NCBI GenBank assembly: GCA_965202585.1
Contig: OZ241826.1
Span: 19,282,001 to 19,346,000 of the forward strand
Direction of reading: 5' to 3'
Source: Thalia democratica
Lineage: Eukaryota
DNA: 64,000 nt
The position numbers were made by a program, and so were the translations under genes. Shown in pieces: positions 26,323 through 39,723 of this stretch (position 1 is the first letter of the stretch; every line of letters starts with the position of its first letter). A model generated the notes under the pieces. The model was not told the origin of the DNA. It was given only the letters and a program-made list of their open reading frames with translations, and made no database searches.

Positions 26323-28046
26323 AGACTTGGTTGGTTTCTTTATTAAGCACTTTTAAGAAACTTTTATCAAAAGTAAACTTGAACACCACATCATTGGTTA
26401 CTTGAGAGCAATGTCTGTTTTGATGCAAGATAGATGACTGACTACAAATCATTTCAATTTTAGCTGAAAAATTGTAAGAACTCACAAAAACAAAAACTTA
26501 GTTGGAAAGTGTAGTTACCTTTGAAGAATTACTTAATTTTTATACCTTTACAACATTTTTTAACTACTCAAAAGTGTATTAATTTCAAATACAGACGAAT
26601 GAAAAGTTAACACTTTTCAAATGAATAATACTAAATTAATACAGTAACGTGTTGAAGTAATGAAAAAAAAAGTAAAACATTTAACTACCAAATTAAATAT
26701 GTCTCCTTAATAGTTTAATTGTTGTTCAGATATGTATATTTTGAAACAAGTAATTTTATATATTAATTTGTTTGTAATGAATAGTAAAACTACAATTCAT
26801 CGATTTTTTTTGAAATAGCATAAATCTTATGAATAGAACTTTGAAAGTAAGAAATTTGACTTAAATATAAGTCCGCTTATAAGTTATAATATATTTTAAG
26901 AATCTGTTAGCGTGTAAACATCCTTTTGGAGCTAAATACACAAAATATATAAATAACCAAAACCTTACATACCCACTAAGTAAAAAAACTATCATATAGT
27001 TATTTTTATCAGTGCACAAGCAGTTTTTGTTTCATTTAGCACAATTAAAAAATACATCAATTAGTAAAAATTTGTACAAAAAATTTACAAATGATGTCGT
27101 AAGTGAACAAAAAGTGTTTCTAAATAAACAAACTAATTTAGAGTAGGGGCGTGTCTAGATCTTCATCATTGGAGTTGCACAATCTTTTTGTTTGAAAATA
27201 AAGTATTTTCTGTAGAAGCTTTTCATAATAGACACTATAATATAATATAGCTCTCTATTAGATAACTGTCTATAATTTCTATAAAAACGTTTAAACTTTA
27301 GAAGTTTAGAAAAGACCAGTGAATAGAACTAAAAATCTTAATATGTAATCCAGTTCTTTACTTTTTACTAAACAAAAGCTTAAAAATAATCCTTATTCCT
27401 GTTTTTAATTACAATATGAAAATTTTGTCTTACATTGTGAAACTAACATGAATAATATAATATTTTATACGTAAGAAACTTAAGACAAAGTACCAATCAA
27501 AATGACTAGTTAAGTCTTAATGATAGAAAAAAATGTTCAATGATATGTAAAAAAAAAATTAGTTAAAGAGTTCCAATTAAAATACTTAAGCTAAAAACTC
27601 AATTTAAATCAGAAACAAACTTTATTTCTGAAAACAAATTGACAAAAGACGTGAACCACTTCTTACAACTTGATGAGAAAAAATAGGCTTTTTAATGTTA
27701 AAAAATTAAATTATTGTATGATTCCGTCTCAAGTATGCAAAGTTAAAAATGAAACCCTTGGAGTTGTATAATCATTCAAATATCCTCTTATAAACACTTT
27801 TGAATGACCAATTTTAGAATGAAGTTCTATTTTAAAAATTGATCACCTTTTGTAGATATAAAACTTTTGTATAATTTATATTTTATTTCGACAAAAAACT
27901 TATAAAAAGTACTTCATTTTGACGTATTTATTCAAAAAAATATGAATTAAACTTTACATAATAACTAAACTGATATAAATTTTTAGTGAGTTATTTAAAA
28001 CGTAAACCATATTCAATCACTTTTTATGATGCTTTTTTCAATTTTA

Positions 28047-28420
28047 TATCGGGTCGATAGTCAACAGAAAACCAGTCAAAACGAGCCCCTGGTTGAAAGC
28101 TTTTGTTAGTAGAATGCAAATGCTTTTATTTAATTTGTTTACATTAAGTTAACATAAAGTTATGCGGAAATAAAGTATTATCAAAATAAATTAATAAAAA
28201 AACATTAAATTGTTGACTGTTTGCTTAAAACAGCTCGATATAAAATAAATTAAGAAATTTTTCATGCTGTAAAAATTTAACTAAATGTCTGTCGTACGCC
28301 GAGTTTATATTTCTTAACATTATGATTTAGCTTCTAAATATCTTATAAACATTTTCCATACAAATTGTCTTACTTTTCAAACCAACTACCTAATCAGATA
28401 AAACGTAATAAAGAACAAAA
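28047..28420. mobile_element. Dispersed repeat, same family as 1236-1600
   Basis: Direct similarity to 1236-1600. Carried into unit 2 at 45214-45590. Confidence 0.55.
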
Positions 28421-29972
28421 TAATTTAAAATTGTTAAGTTATTAGCTTGTTTTAAAACACACTTAAACTTATTTCAATTCTTTAACTTTTAACTAAGAGA
28501 CTTTCATAAGTTTATGTACATTTTTCAAGTCAAAGTAAAATTTGATAACCACATGACTACCTTGTGTCATTTTATATTTACAATCAATTCTTAGACTTAT
28601 GAAACTATTCTAAATAAAGTTCATATTTAAATCTCAAATTTAGTTGTCGATATCTCAAAAAAATTAATAAACAAAAGTGTGTTCTATGGTAATATGTCAA
28701 TTAAAACTCTGAAAAATTATTTTTTTTACAAAAAAAAAACAAGGGTAACAATTGAAAACTTTAATATGAGTTTATTGATAACTACTTAAAATTGTTAAAA
28801 CATGAGTTGTGTATGCTATTAAAATAAGCCTTGCATTACAACCTAATAAATCTTTCGAGTGCATAAACTGTTTCATTTTAATAATTCATAGTGTAGATTT
28901 TTATAATAGGCTCGGAGGTTTAAATAAAGTATAGATGTGTTAAATTGCTCTTTGTAATAGTCTTTATTAAAAACTTTCGTAGTAAAAATTTATTTCTTCG
29001 AGAACAGACCTTTACTTATATAACAAGTTTCTGGTAACTTTAATTAAAATATGATATTCAATCCTTTTCTTTATGCTAATACATTTTATTTTTCTAACAA
29101 AATAATTAATTTATTTATGAGTTTGTAAATTATTGGTATCAAAAAAATAGTTAATTTTTATTCGTCATACAACTTTGATTGTACCTGTGAGTGACGGGCA
29201 AGAATAATTAGTAGTATTATTTTTTATGCCGGAAATCTAAAACTACTTTTACGCGCCTCACCGTAATGCTAAATATAAAACAGAAAAAAAGAAAAGATCA
29301 TGCAGTTTCGTAGTTAATATGTATTAAATAAATGTATAATCATTTAGTTAACTGACAACCAAATAAAAGTTAAATTTTATAGAAATTATACAAGTATTAA
29401 ACCAAAGCTAGTTGTGTACATACTGTTTTCAATCGAGTAACTAGGCGCGGGTTTGATTTGTCTGCGAAGCACAGTCTTCCGAACTTAAAGATTTTTTTTA
29501 TTATAACAAACTATGACATGAAAAAAAAAACAGATTAAAAGTTCAATCAACACATGTTAAGCTAATTGGTTTACACTATTTTTAGAGGCTTTTTAGTTGT
29601 CAGTGTGGATATAAAACAATAAACTACTAGACTTTTATTACTAAGTGTTTTAATGACGAGATAGAAAAAAAAACTAAAAAATAATCTGTCTATGTTGTCA
29701 AAAATTTTTTTTTAATTTAACTAAAAATGGTACAATACGATTGTAAGCATATAAAATTTTAGAAACTATATATTTCAAATGTTAAAAAGTATTTTATGAA
29801 AATAATCTCACACGTTTATAATTTCTAAAGCACTTAGTTTATAGTTTTTTAAAAAATACTTCAGTTATAACATATGTCAACCTAGCAAAAAAAAAAACTG
29901 TTTTTTTAAAAAAACAAAAGCTATAGAATAATAAATTATTTTAAAGTTCTTGTTCGTTTTTCCATCACATCA

Positions 29973-32861
29973 TTAGTATTCCTTTTCCTACAAATAATTA
30001 AATAAATTATAATAAGCATGAACAAATAAAAGTTATTATCTTGCTTATATGAAAATGTAAGCTATGGAAATTTCTGGATTACTTAAATACAGCAAATAAA
30101 TCCTAGAGACTAAACATTCAAAATAATAAGTACTTATCTATTATAAATGTTTAATTTAATAACTTAAAACTGTTAGAAACATAGTAGTATAAATTTACTT
30201 TAAATGTTACTAAAAGTATAACAAGCACAAACCATATTATTATTAATATTTGTTGTGTTTGTATCATTATTTGACGCTAGAAAAAAATCTTCGTTGGCAC
30301 TATTAAAAACAAAATTAAAATAAAACTTTAACAAATTAAATGTAAAAATATTTAGCAGTTATTTATTAATAATTATGTTTATTAGTAGCATAGTTAGTAT
30401 ATTCTTTTAATTTTTGGTGCGAATATTAATTCACAAAGTGTGTGTAAGATACGAATAGTATTACTAACATTTAATGTGCCATAAGTTTAAGTATTTAAAA
30501 AAAAATAAAAAACAAACTTTATATTTTTAATCTTATTACCAAATAACTAAAGTACTGCGTATAATAAAAAAATATAGTTTATTCACTAGCTATGTGTAAA
30601 AAGATACGAAAACTCTTATATCTTAAACTTTTATAAGCTTAGTTGAAAAAACTTACTCACATTTTGTTTTGGATTACGGCTTGTTCTTCTTTATCTTTTT
30701 AAAAGCGTTTATAATAGTTATTTATTACCGCATGTTTTTTTATATTTTTTTTATACTTTGCCTTAGGACTTTCATTACTTTCCTCTTTTTTGACCGAGTC
30801 TGTGGACTTTCCATTCTAAAAATATTAGTTTAGAATAACCCAAGGTTGTATTTGAGCTATATTAATTAATACTTTACTTAAATTAAATTACAACAAAATT
30901 TATTTTTATTTTCTTAGTTAGCTTGTGAAAAATATCTTTCTAAAAAAAATATATTTTTCTAAACTTTCAAAATATATGTGTTAGATTTGTAATCTAATGT
31001 AATATAGCTTTTAAATGACTTGGAATTTTTAATTTTTATTGAAACTTAACACCTGTGTGCATACTATTTATCTTAGTCATGATAAAGCATTGGCATCATA
31101 AAACAGAAATAAGATAAAATTTAGTTTATTTTTTAAAAAGCTAATAACTAGTAGAACAATAAAACTATAGATAAATAAACATACCAATACTTTCAGATCA
31201 GGAAAATGTTTTAATAGAAACCTAGAAAAATATTTATTGGTATTGTATGTTCTAGTACTTAAAATAATAACTAATGTAAAACGTTTTTTACTTAAAGTAG
31301 AAAGTTTTTGTAATGCTAGTGGATAACATTATGTTTTTAAGACTTTTGCATTATTAATGTTTACACTAAAAAACTTATAGAACAAAAAAGTCTGTATAAG
31401 TACAAGTAGGATTCAAAAACTTTAATGTCTCCGTATTTTTTTAAATCGTATTGAAATAAAAAAAAAGGCGTTTTAAGGATAACTATCACTTAATAACTAC
31501 GAACAAGCGTTTTTTTTTTTTCTGTAAAATAAAAAAATAAATAACAACATTAAACTAAGTTTATGTTTCATATCTACTTAGGCTTTAAGTGTATAATCTT
31601 TAAGACATTCAAACTTATAACGGAAAAAGGTAACACTATTTTTATTCAAGCTATAAAGTAAAGAAAAATAATTGATTTTGATAGGGTTAAATTAAACGAA
31701 ATTACAGCTAAATAATTTAAATATAATAAACAAACACAAACTTAGTTTCTTTTTCTTCGAACATTTGCAGCACCTTTTGTTTATTATTTGATCTTTGCTG
31801 AGGCCTGTTTAAATTTGTTTGTTAAAATTAATTTTTAAGTACATATGAAATATCTAGATATTTAATTAGTCTACAAATAATACGTTTTACAAAGCTAAAT
31901 TACTTTACCAACTTTATTTACAAAACGTTATAATTGATTAAATAAAATACCAAAAATCGACAATTAGTGCTGTCAAAGTGTTATATATAAACACCATATT
32001 TATAACTAGTTAAGTAAGAAACTTAAAAATAATAATTAGTGTTACTAAAATCGAAATATAAAGATCGAATCAAAAATACAATTAAGATTAATAATCATAA
32101 GCTTCAATAGCTTAAGGCTGACAATCTTAAAGCATATTATTCCTAATTTATAAAATAAATATAGTTCTACAGATACTAAAAATTATAGAAAAGTTTTTAA
32201 CTTATATTACTTTAAAAACAAACTTTTGTTTTGTGTAAAAATTCAAAAGTTACTTTAACTAACCACAAGCTGTTCAAGTTAATTTCTTCATTTCTTTTGT
32301 AATTTGCAATTCTTGTAAGTTCCAACCAGCAAACAAAAGATGAGCATCTTGATCGAATGTTAATTCGTAGTTTGTATAATAAAAAACAAACGTTATTTTA
32401 CAAAATCAAGCTTAATATTTTATATTCACGGTTAGAAGCATATATTACTATTACTTTTTGAGATTCAATAGCCTACAACCTTATCAATAGCTTCTCCAAA
32501 CGAAGACAGTACTGATTGGTTTAAGTTTTGCTATTTAAATACTGCAGTCGTCTGTATAAAATTACACTTTGTTAAAGTCTAAAGCTTTGCAAAGTTTCAA
32601 CTAGACAGTAAAAAAATCTTTGAAAACAGTATAAGAGTAATTTTTAAGGTTCTAAAAACTATTATTTACATATAAGTGTATTTATAAAGCTTTAAAATTA
32701 ATAATTTTGTTAATCACACTTTATGGTAACACTAATTTTTTTTAAGTGATCTCCATTTTAGCTACCATGTAAGCAAGATGTTTAATATCACAAATCCTCC
32801 TTACAGTATGCCTCAAAAGTTTGACATTAAGATCTGGCATCATACACTCCAACACTAACAT
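29973..32861 (-). pseudogene. Gene C copy 1, 5'-truncated and disabled
   Basis: Homologs of the last eight gene C exons are present. Lesions: donor lost after MLVLECMMPD..VAKME, in-frame TAG in the 32480-32551 exon, acceptor AG>AT near 32369, 1-nt indels, TAT>TAA. The two most 5' exons are removed by the duplication junction. Confidence 0.85.
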
Positions 32862-33849
32862 CTGTAATGATGTAAATTACTAAAGTGGTTTTTAATAAAG
32901 GAGTGATCAATATAATCATTTTTGACGTATATATAAATATTTTGGTTTGAAAAATCATCATGATATTTTTGTGATTAATGTCTAAAATTAAAAACTAAAA
33001 CGATAAAATAAGTCGTTTTAAAGTAGACGGTTTTGTTTTTCTTTCTAAACAAAAGTACTTTTAATCCAGTGGAAGTAATAAACTAAACCAATTATTCAAG
33101 TATTTTTATAATTAACACATTGAAACTAGGTACTTTGAAAAAAACTGTCAGTTTTTATATCCTTAATTAACAACAATTTTATATTTAGTTTGTTTAGCTG
33201 CTACGTATCCCACCCACATCAACAACCGGTTTTCATTTATTTATAAATTAATTTTGTTGTTAAATCACTAATTTTAAACAAAGTTTAATTTTTGCTGCAG
33301 TAGTTTTGAATTTTTGATTCATTAATTTACGTAGTAAGTAGAACTATGTTCATTAAGTAGACTTCTTAACCGAGGTCGAGTTTATTATAGTTTATTTATT
33401 TAGACTATGTTGGTGTTTAATTTTTTTTTTAATATATTATGCTTATGGTTACGATTATTAATTCTTAATTATCTTTTATTCGACCTTTATAGTGATTTTT
33501 AAACTTTCTGTAGGCAAAACTACAAGAAAAAATTTTTATATTATTTTATTTGTGTTAAAATTTCAATAACCTTATAATAATAGGCCTTTGAATATATAAG
33601 TGCGTTTGTTGTACAACAAGATATTAAAAAAAAAAAAAACGAGTGAGCAAGTACTCTAACAAAACAAATTCATAAAAAATAAACTAATACTTAAAAAATG
33701 TTATTAACGTTTATACAACAATGTTCTAAACAACTAAAATATTGTAAAAATATATAAACAATTATGAAACGTTACAATTTGAAAATAAAAAACTGAAGAA
33801 AAATTTGAAAGTCAATATACAAACATATTAATCATTTTTGTTATGTAGC

Positions 33850-34820
33850 TTATACTTTGTAATATTTGACACAAGATGGGCAAACAGAACTTTTAGTAAT
33901 ATTTATAGTATTACAACAAACTTTTGACCATTTTTCTTGATCTACATCATACATGTAAATAATTGATTCTTTCAAATTATCATAAAAATGATAAAAAACA
34001 ACAATATTATTTCCAATACTAAAAGCGTCAACCCAACATCTTGTTATAGCCGGAAGTTTTAAACTAAATTTTAAGGTTAAAAACTTCCTTGAAAAACTAT
34101 CAAATAGTTCACAGCTTGTGGTACTATACCCACCGATAACAAACATTTTGTTACACATACTAACAGCAGAATGATCATCTCGTTTTTCAATCATATTAGG
34201 TAAATAAGTCCATTTGTTTTCATGATGATCATATGATTCTACTGATTTCAAATCTACATTGTCATTAAAACCACCCGTAATAACAATTTTACCTTGATAA
34301 ACTGTACAAGCAGCATTACGTCTGGCTACATTCAAGTCTGCTACTTCATTCCTGTTAAATTATTCATTTCATAAAAATAACACGAACTTAGTTTTGTATC
34401 ACTGCTTTCAATCCATCCTCCGATTATAAACATCTTTCTCATGAACGAACAAAGACAATAATAAAACCGTTCCTTGAAATATACATAGTGGTGTTTCCAA
34501 GCTTTAGTTTTTTCAGAATAAGTTTCAACAGACGTACAAGAGCTATTTAACTTTTTGTAGCTTCTTACGGAATCAAGAAAAGCATATATTATAGAATTTG
34601 TAATTGATACTTTCAAAAAATTATGTTGTTTCACCATTGAAGGAAACTCATTTACTTCAAAACTAGGTGTTTTTATTTCTTCTACTTGATTCACAACTTT
34701 ACGATTTTTGTCTCTTCCTCCAAAAACAAGAATACTGAAACCTTCTTGGTTACAATATCTATTTTCATACAAAACATTTGGTACAAAAGGAGAAGTTAAA
34801 AATTTACTCTTTGATTTCAT
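33850..34820 (-). pseudogene. Kelch-repeat protein A copy 2, split by a 1-nt deletion
   Basis: Two ORFs (34341-34820 and 33850-34335) together match Kelch-A end to end. A T4 run in copy 1 is T3 here (~34356-34358). Confidence 0.85.
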
Positions 34821-37464
34821 GGTGAACCTAAATAGAGTAAAGTGCTAAATAGCTGTAAATGTTTATTATAATTATAATTTGATAGTATAAGAAAAAACTC
34901 TGTATATTTAGATTCATGTTAGTAATAAAGAATTCAACTTAGACAATAACCAAATAGTAAACAAATTACTTCATGTAAATAACAATTGATATTTTGTTTT
35001 TACAAATACATTAGATATGTGGTTAGATTTTTGTACATAGTTTAATATTTTTGTTTTTAAAACTAGGTAGTTTTAACTCATTACAAAAAATAAACTCAAA
35101 AAAAAAAATTGTTTTTTGATAGTTTTTTACATTTATTAAATTCTTTAAATTAATTTTAGATTTTTTAGAGCCATGTCAAAGGGGGCATTTAAAAGTAATG
35201 TTTAGGAAAACCTTATCTAAACTTTTAAACATCAACAACAATGTAAATATACCATATCTGTAAAATCACTGTTGTTAACATATGTAGTTTTATTAAGAAA
35301 AAAATTTTGTTAATACTTAACTATTTATAAATTTTCTGTTATTTATATTACTGTAATGTCTTTTACTTAGTCTTGTTTTTTGTATTAAATTCAGAAATAT
35401 CAGAAAGTTCCTAATGACATTCTGTTTAATTTAACTTTGGACAAAAATTCAAAATGATTGTAGCTTCTAAAAAGCTAAGAAAGAAGCGTTGATAGAACAA
35501 GGAAAATTCTTTTCAATTCTAGCTGAAAAACTTAAAAGATTGTAAATAAAAACAGATATACTTATAAAGTACTTTGACACCAACGAAATTATATCTGTTT
35601 TAAACATAAATTTTTGATAAGTTTAAAGTTTGTTTGTTTTGATTTCTATTAATAATATTAAATATGTGTACAATTTTTTGGATAGAAAATAAGTTAAGAA
35701 ATTTAGTTTTGTCACAAAATTTAAATTTAAGCATCCGAAAAATAATTTAATTCAGATACATTTTATTCAAATATAATTGTAAAAAGTAATAAAATAACTG
35801 AACTTAAGTCTTAACAAAATAACTGATTAAATTAGTAGTAACTTTAATTTATAATAGAATAATAACATAAAAAACAACAAAATAAGTAATACCTTCTTTC
35901 ATTTAACTTTTTTATTGTCAAACTACTTAATTAATGAATTTTACGAAGTTACATTGATGGTATTGACTGCTTTTTCTATCATAAGTAAACTAGAGCATTA
36001 GCTTTTTGAAAGCAGTGTATATTTTGGTACAAGTTTAATGACTGATTACAATTCATATCAACTCAAAATTAAAAACTGTAAAGCTAGTAAAAAACTGCTA
36101 TACTTATACAAGACTTTTGCATAAACAAAATTAAATTTTTATAAACATTCAATTTAACATAATATTAGAGTAAATATAATTTTGGCTCTACATGAAATAC
36201 AATAGAATTGTGTTCAAATTTTTCTAACAAAAAATGTTTTAGAAAGTTAACTTTAACTTTTAACTCACATATTAAAAGTTAAAATATATAAACAAAATTT
36301 AAATTTTTAAAACCGTGTTTTTTGGGACTGCATAAAATAATTCAATAGTTGAACTTAAGCAATATTAAAACATCATTAATTTAGCTAGTAATAACTAAAA
36401 CTTATACTAAAAAAGTTGTATAAAAAGTCACAAAATTTGTTAAATACAAATAAGTTAGAATTTATTATTATTTTTTTTGTAAAACAATTCTAATAGAAAC
36501 TACTTAGGTCATGACTTATTTAAACAATCAGATCTTGTGTCCAATTTTTTGTTTCAGACCTAAACAAAAAAAATAGTATACTATTTCTTTTCAAAAATAG
36601 TTTAATGTAAAATCTAAAAAAAAGAAATTAAAAAAACAAAAAACTTATTTAAATTTAATATAATCAAATTTATTATATGATTTAGAACTGTTAGATTTTA
36701 AAACGTTAGAGAAAATTTTAATATTTTATAAGCAGAAAATTTATAAATTTATTTTGTAAATTTTCTTTAATCTTATTAGCTAGTAAATGTGTAGTTTTTA
36801 AAGCCTTTACGAAAAATATGTACTACTCAACTAAAAAATTCAAAAAAGATTACAATTACGGTTTGAATACATAAAATCAAATCAATAAATTAACGTATTA
36901 AGCGATGAAATTAATTAGGAACTTCTTTTGTTTTATAACAAAACTAATTTTACCTATTAAACATTTTTTTTTTTGCATTCAGTAGTTTGTAATGTGATAC
37001 AAAACTTCAATTTAAACATAATTAAGTCATTTTTTATGTTAATAGTGAAGATGTAGACATATAAAAAAGTAAGACTATCTAGTATAACAGTCAGTAAGTA
37101 ACTTTGATTTTGGTTTATTAAAACCCTTTAAGAGCTAAATCAATTAATTTCATAAATCAATTATAAATATCAAACATACCAAATAACTTTTAAACTTTAT
37201 TAAACTTTAGAAAAGAAAAAAATAGAAAATAAAACATAAGCAGTTCTAATTCAATTTATCATATTTTATATATAAAATAATCAATTAAAAGTTTTAAAAA
37301 ATATATAACATTTTATTATTTATAACGTAAGTTATCGAAAATGTGGTCATATAAATAAATTAATTGAAATTTCCTTTGCATAATACAAAATATATATTTG
37401 TTTACTTTTACATTAAGATAGCAAAAAAAAGTTTGTATAAGATGTACTTTTTGTTATGTTTTGT

Positions 37465-37730
37465 TTTTATGAAAACAAGTGAACTAAAATGATTTAAATA
37501 AGACATAAACATTCTCAGTTAGTGAGTACCAATTTTTTGTAATTAATGGAAATTTTGGTGTACAATATAGTAGCATTTGGAGGTTTTCGATTGTATAACC
37601 AGAAAGTTTATTCTTACTAGATGCGAAATTGATAATAAAAAAGTTAAAGTTATGTTAAGTGATTTTTCACTAGGTTATGTATTTGTTTATAAATATTTTT
37701 TGGTTATTTAGCTTTTGTTGTGATATATTT
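37465..37730 (+). pseudogene. Kelch-B-like pseudogene relic on the + strand
   Basis: Reads FYENK*TKMI*IRHKHS...LEVFDCITRKFILTRCEIDNKKVKV, cf. Kelch-B HENKWTCLPDMIERRCGHS...WEVFDSITRKFTSINCEIDFKKFEV. Confidence 0.75.
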
Positions 37731-39723
37731 TTTTGGGAAGTTTAGGTTTTAATGTGAAGAGAAATAAACAAAACTGTTTAATGAACGATAAATAAAATCG
37801 CTATAACTATTTGGTCCTATAATCTGGAGTACTTTTTGGTTATCGATTTGTACGCCATTGGAATAAAGTTTGAATTCAATGTCCTAAACCTTAAAATTTA
37901 TGTATAATAAATAGATACGACCTTAAATAAAAAGGTACATATCAATAATAATATGAAATATTTTATATAACTTAGTTTGACTCACTTAATAATTTATAGT
38001 TCTATTTGTTTAAAAAAAATTAAAATTTAAAATTAATTCTTTCAAACAATTTATAAATGACTCAATTTTTCAGAACATTGTATATTTCATGCTTCTTTCG
38101 TCAGTTGTAAACTAAGCAATAAAAATAAAATTTCAAATCTAGCTTATATAGTGAAAATGCAATTACCATAATTAATAATAAAGCAAAGAGCAATTAACAA
38201 TACACTAATACTTCTAAATACAACGAAACTAAAAAATTAATAAAACAGAGCAACAATTTTTAAAACAATTTTAAAAATAATTAAAAAACTTTTTAAGAAA
38301 ACAACGAAACAGTATAATCAAAATCATTATGTTTACACAAGTTTTCTTATAAAAATACAAATGGCCTCAAGTTAAATTAAATCAGAAATGTGAAAACAAT
38401 TTTTAATAATTTTAAATCTGTTTAAATTATAATTTCTCCCACAACCTTGATATATAAATAAATTTAAAAATATATTTAAATATTAAAACAACTTTTTTTA
38501 GCTTTATATCAGTAGAAAATATTGCATGCGTTATTCTTTTAAAAACACTACAACACTATTAAGTTACTTGTCTATAAAATGTTTTGTTATTCTCGTTAGC
38601 TTCACAATGTAGAGTAGAACTTTTTCATTGTCATGAAAAACAGGAAAAAGATTTATATTTAAGTTTAACCATTACTAACAATTAATATACAATAATTAAT
38701 AGTTTTTTTTTTGTATATATATATTTATATATATTAAAGGTTTTATAAAAAGTTCTGATCGATAGTGCTCGACAAATTAAATTGAAGCTAAATATTTATC
38801 TTAGTAAAAGTATTGAATTTTTGAAACTGGACAAATAACACTTGTTGATTTGCATATTTACTTTAATTTTATCACGACAAGCATTTTCTGTCGAATTATT
38901 ATTGTCATTAAAGTACTTTTCTTATAGGACTAAAAAAAGTAAACTAAAGGGTATTACTTATTAACGTAAGGTAAAATTTTAACATCTTACACAGTTTCAA
39001 CATAATTTAAAAGTTGCTGTTATATTCTTGTATTGTAAGTTTTTCCTAAAATTAAATGATTCTACTATTAAATTAATAGAATATTATAATTAAACAAATT
39101 ACAGGTATTTAGTGATAACTATAACTGTAGAATTCAAACTGTAAATGTTGCATTTTCGAAAAAAAAAGTTACTTTATTCTAAGTTTATGTATCTAAGTTG
39201 TATGAGGTAATAAAAACAAAGTAAACTACATTTAAATTGTTTTCGTAGTTTTTAGCCTGTAATTTATTAACTTCTCAATAATTGTTTTTTGTTTAAAAAC
39301 ATTTTAATATTTTCAGAGACAAATCAAAATTTAAAAATCTAAACCAACATAAAGTCTCAAGAGAAAGTTTAAGTTTTTCTGGAAGACGATTATGTATTTT
39401 GTGTACGCTTCAAGACTTTTATCAAACAACTTATGTAAAAAAGTTATAAATTATAAAGAATTTTTCCAGATACTAGATTGATAGAGACTTTAACAAGATA
39501 TTCAAGACAATAAAAAAAAATTAACGGAATTAGTTTTGATTTTATATCATGCTTTCCGTTTAATGCCTTTAAATTCAAAAAAACTTAAATGACATAAAAG
39601 TTCAATACTTTTGTATACAACGTAAAGATTTATTAATGAACAAAGCCAAAATAAAATGAAAACTAAATAAATAAGTACAAAACACATTATACATTCACCT
39701 AACAAAAATTATTTGACAAAATG

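Larger units (their letters stand above)
18540..32985. repeat. Segmental duplication unit 1 (Kelch-A, Kelch-B, truncated gene C)
   Basis: Colinear with 32985-49790 throughout, apart from indels and the hAT insertion. The junction near 32985 joins a gene C intron to the homolog of 18540. Confidence 0.92.

Noticed and set aside
29400-29485. tRNA or tRNA-derived SINE (ggcgcgggtttgatt, B-box-like; also 46005 and inverted at 58905)
   Set aside because: A and B boxes are too degenerate and no cloverleaf forms. The copies are explained by the segmental duplications.
34341-34365. Programmed ribosomal frameshift in Kelch-A copy 2
   Set aside because: No X XXY YYZ slippery heptamer or downstream structure, and the paralog is continuous.
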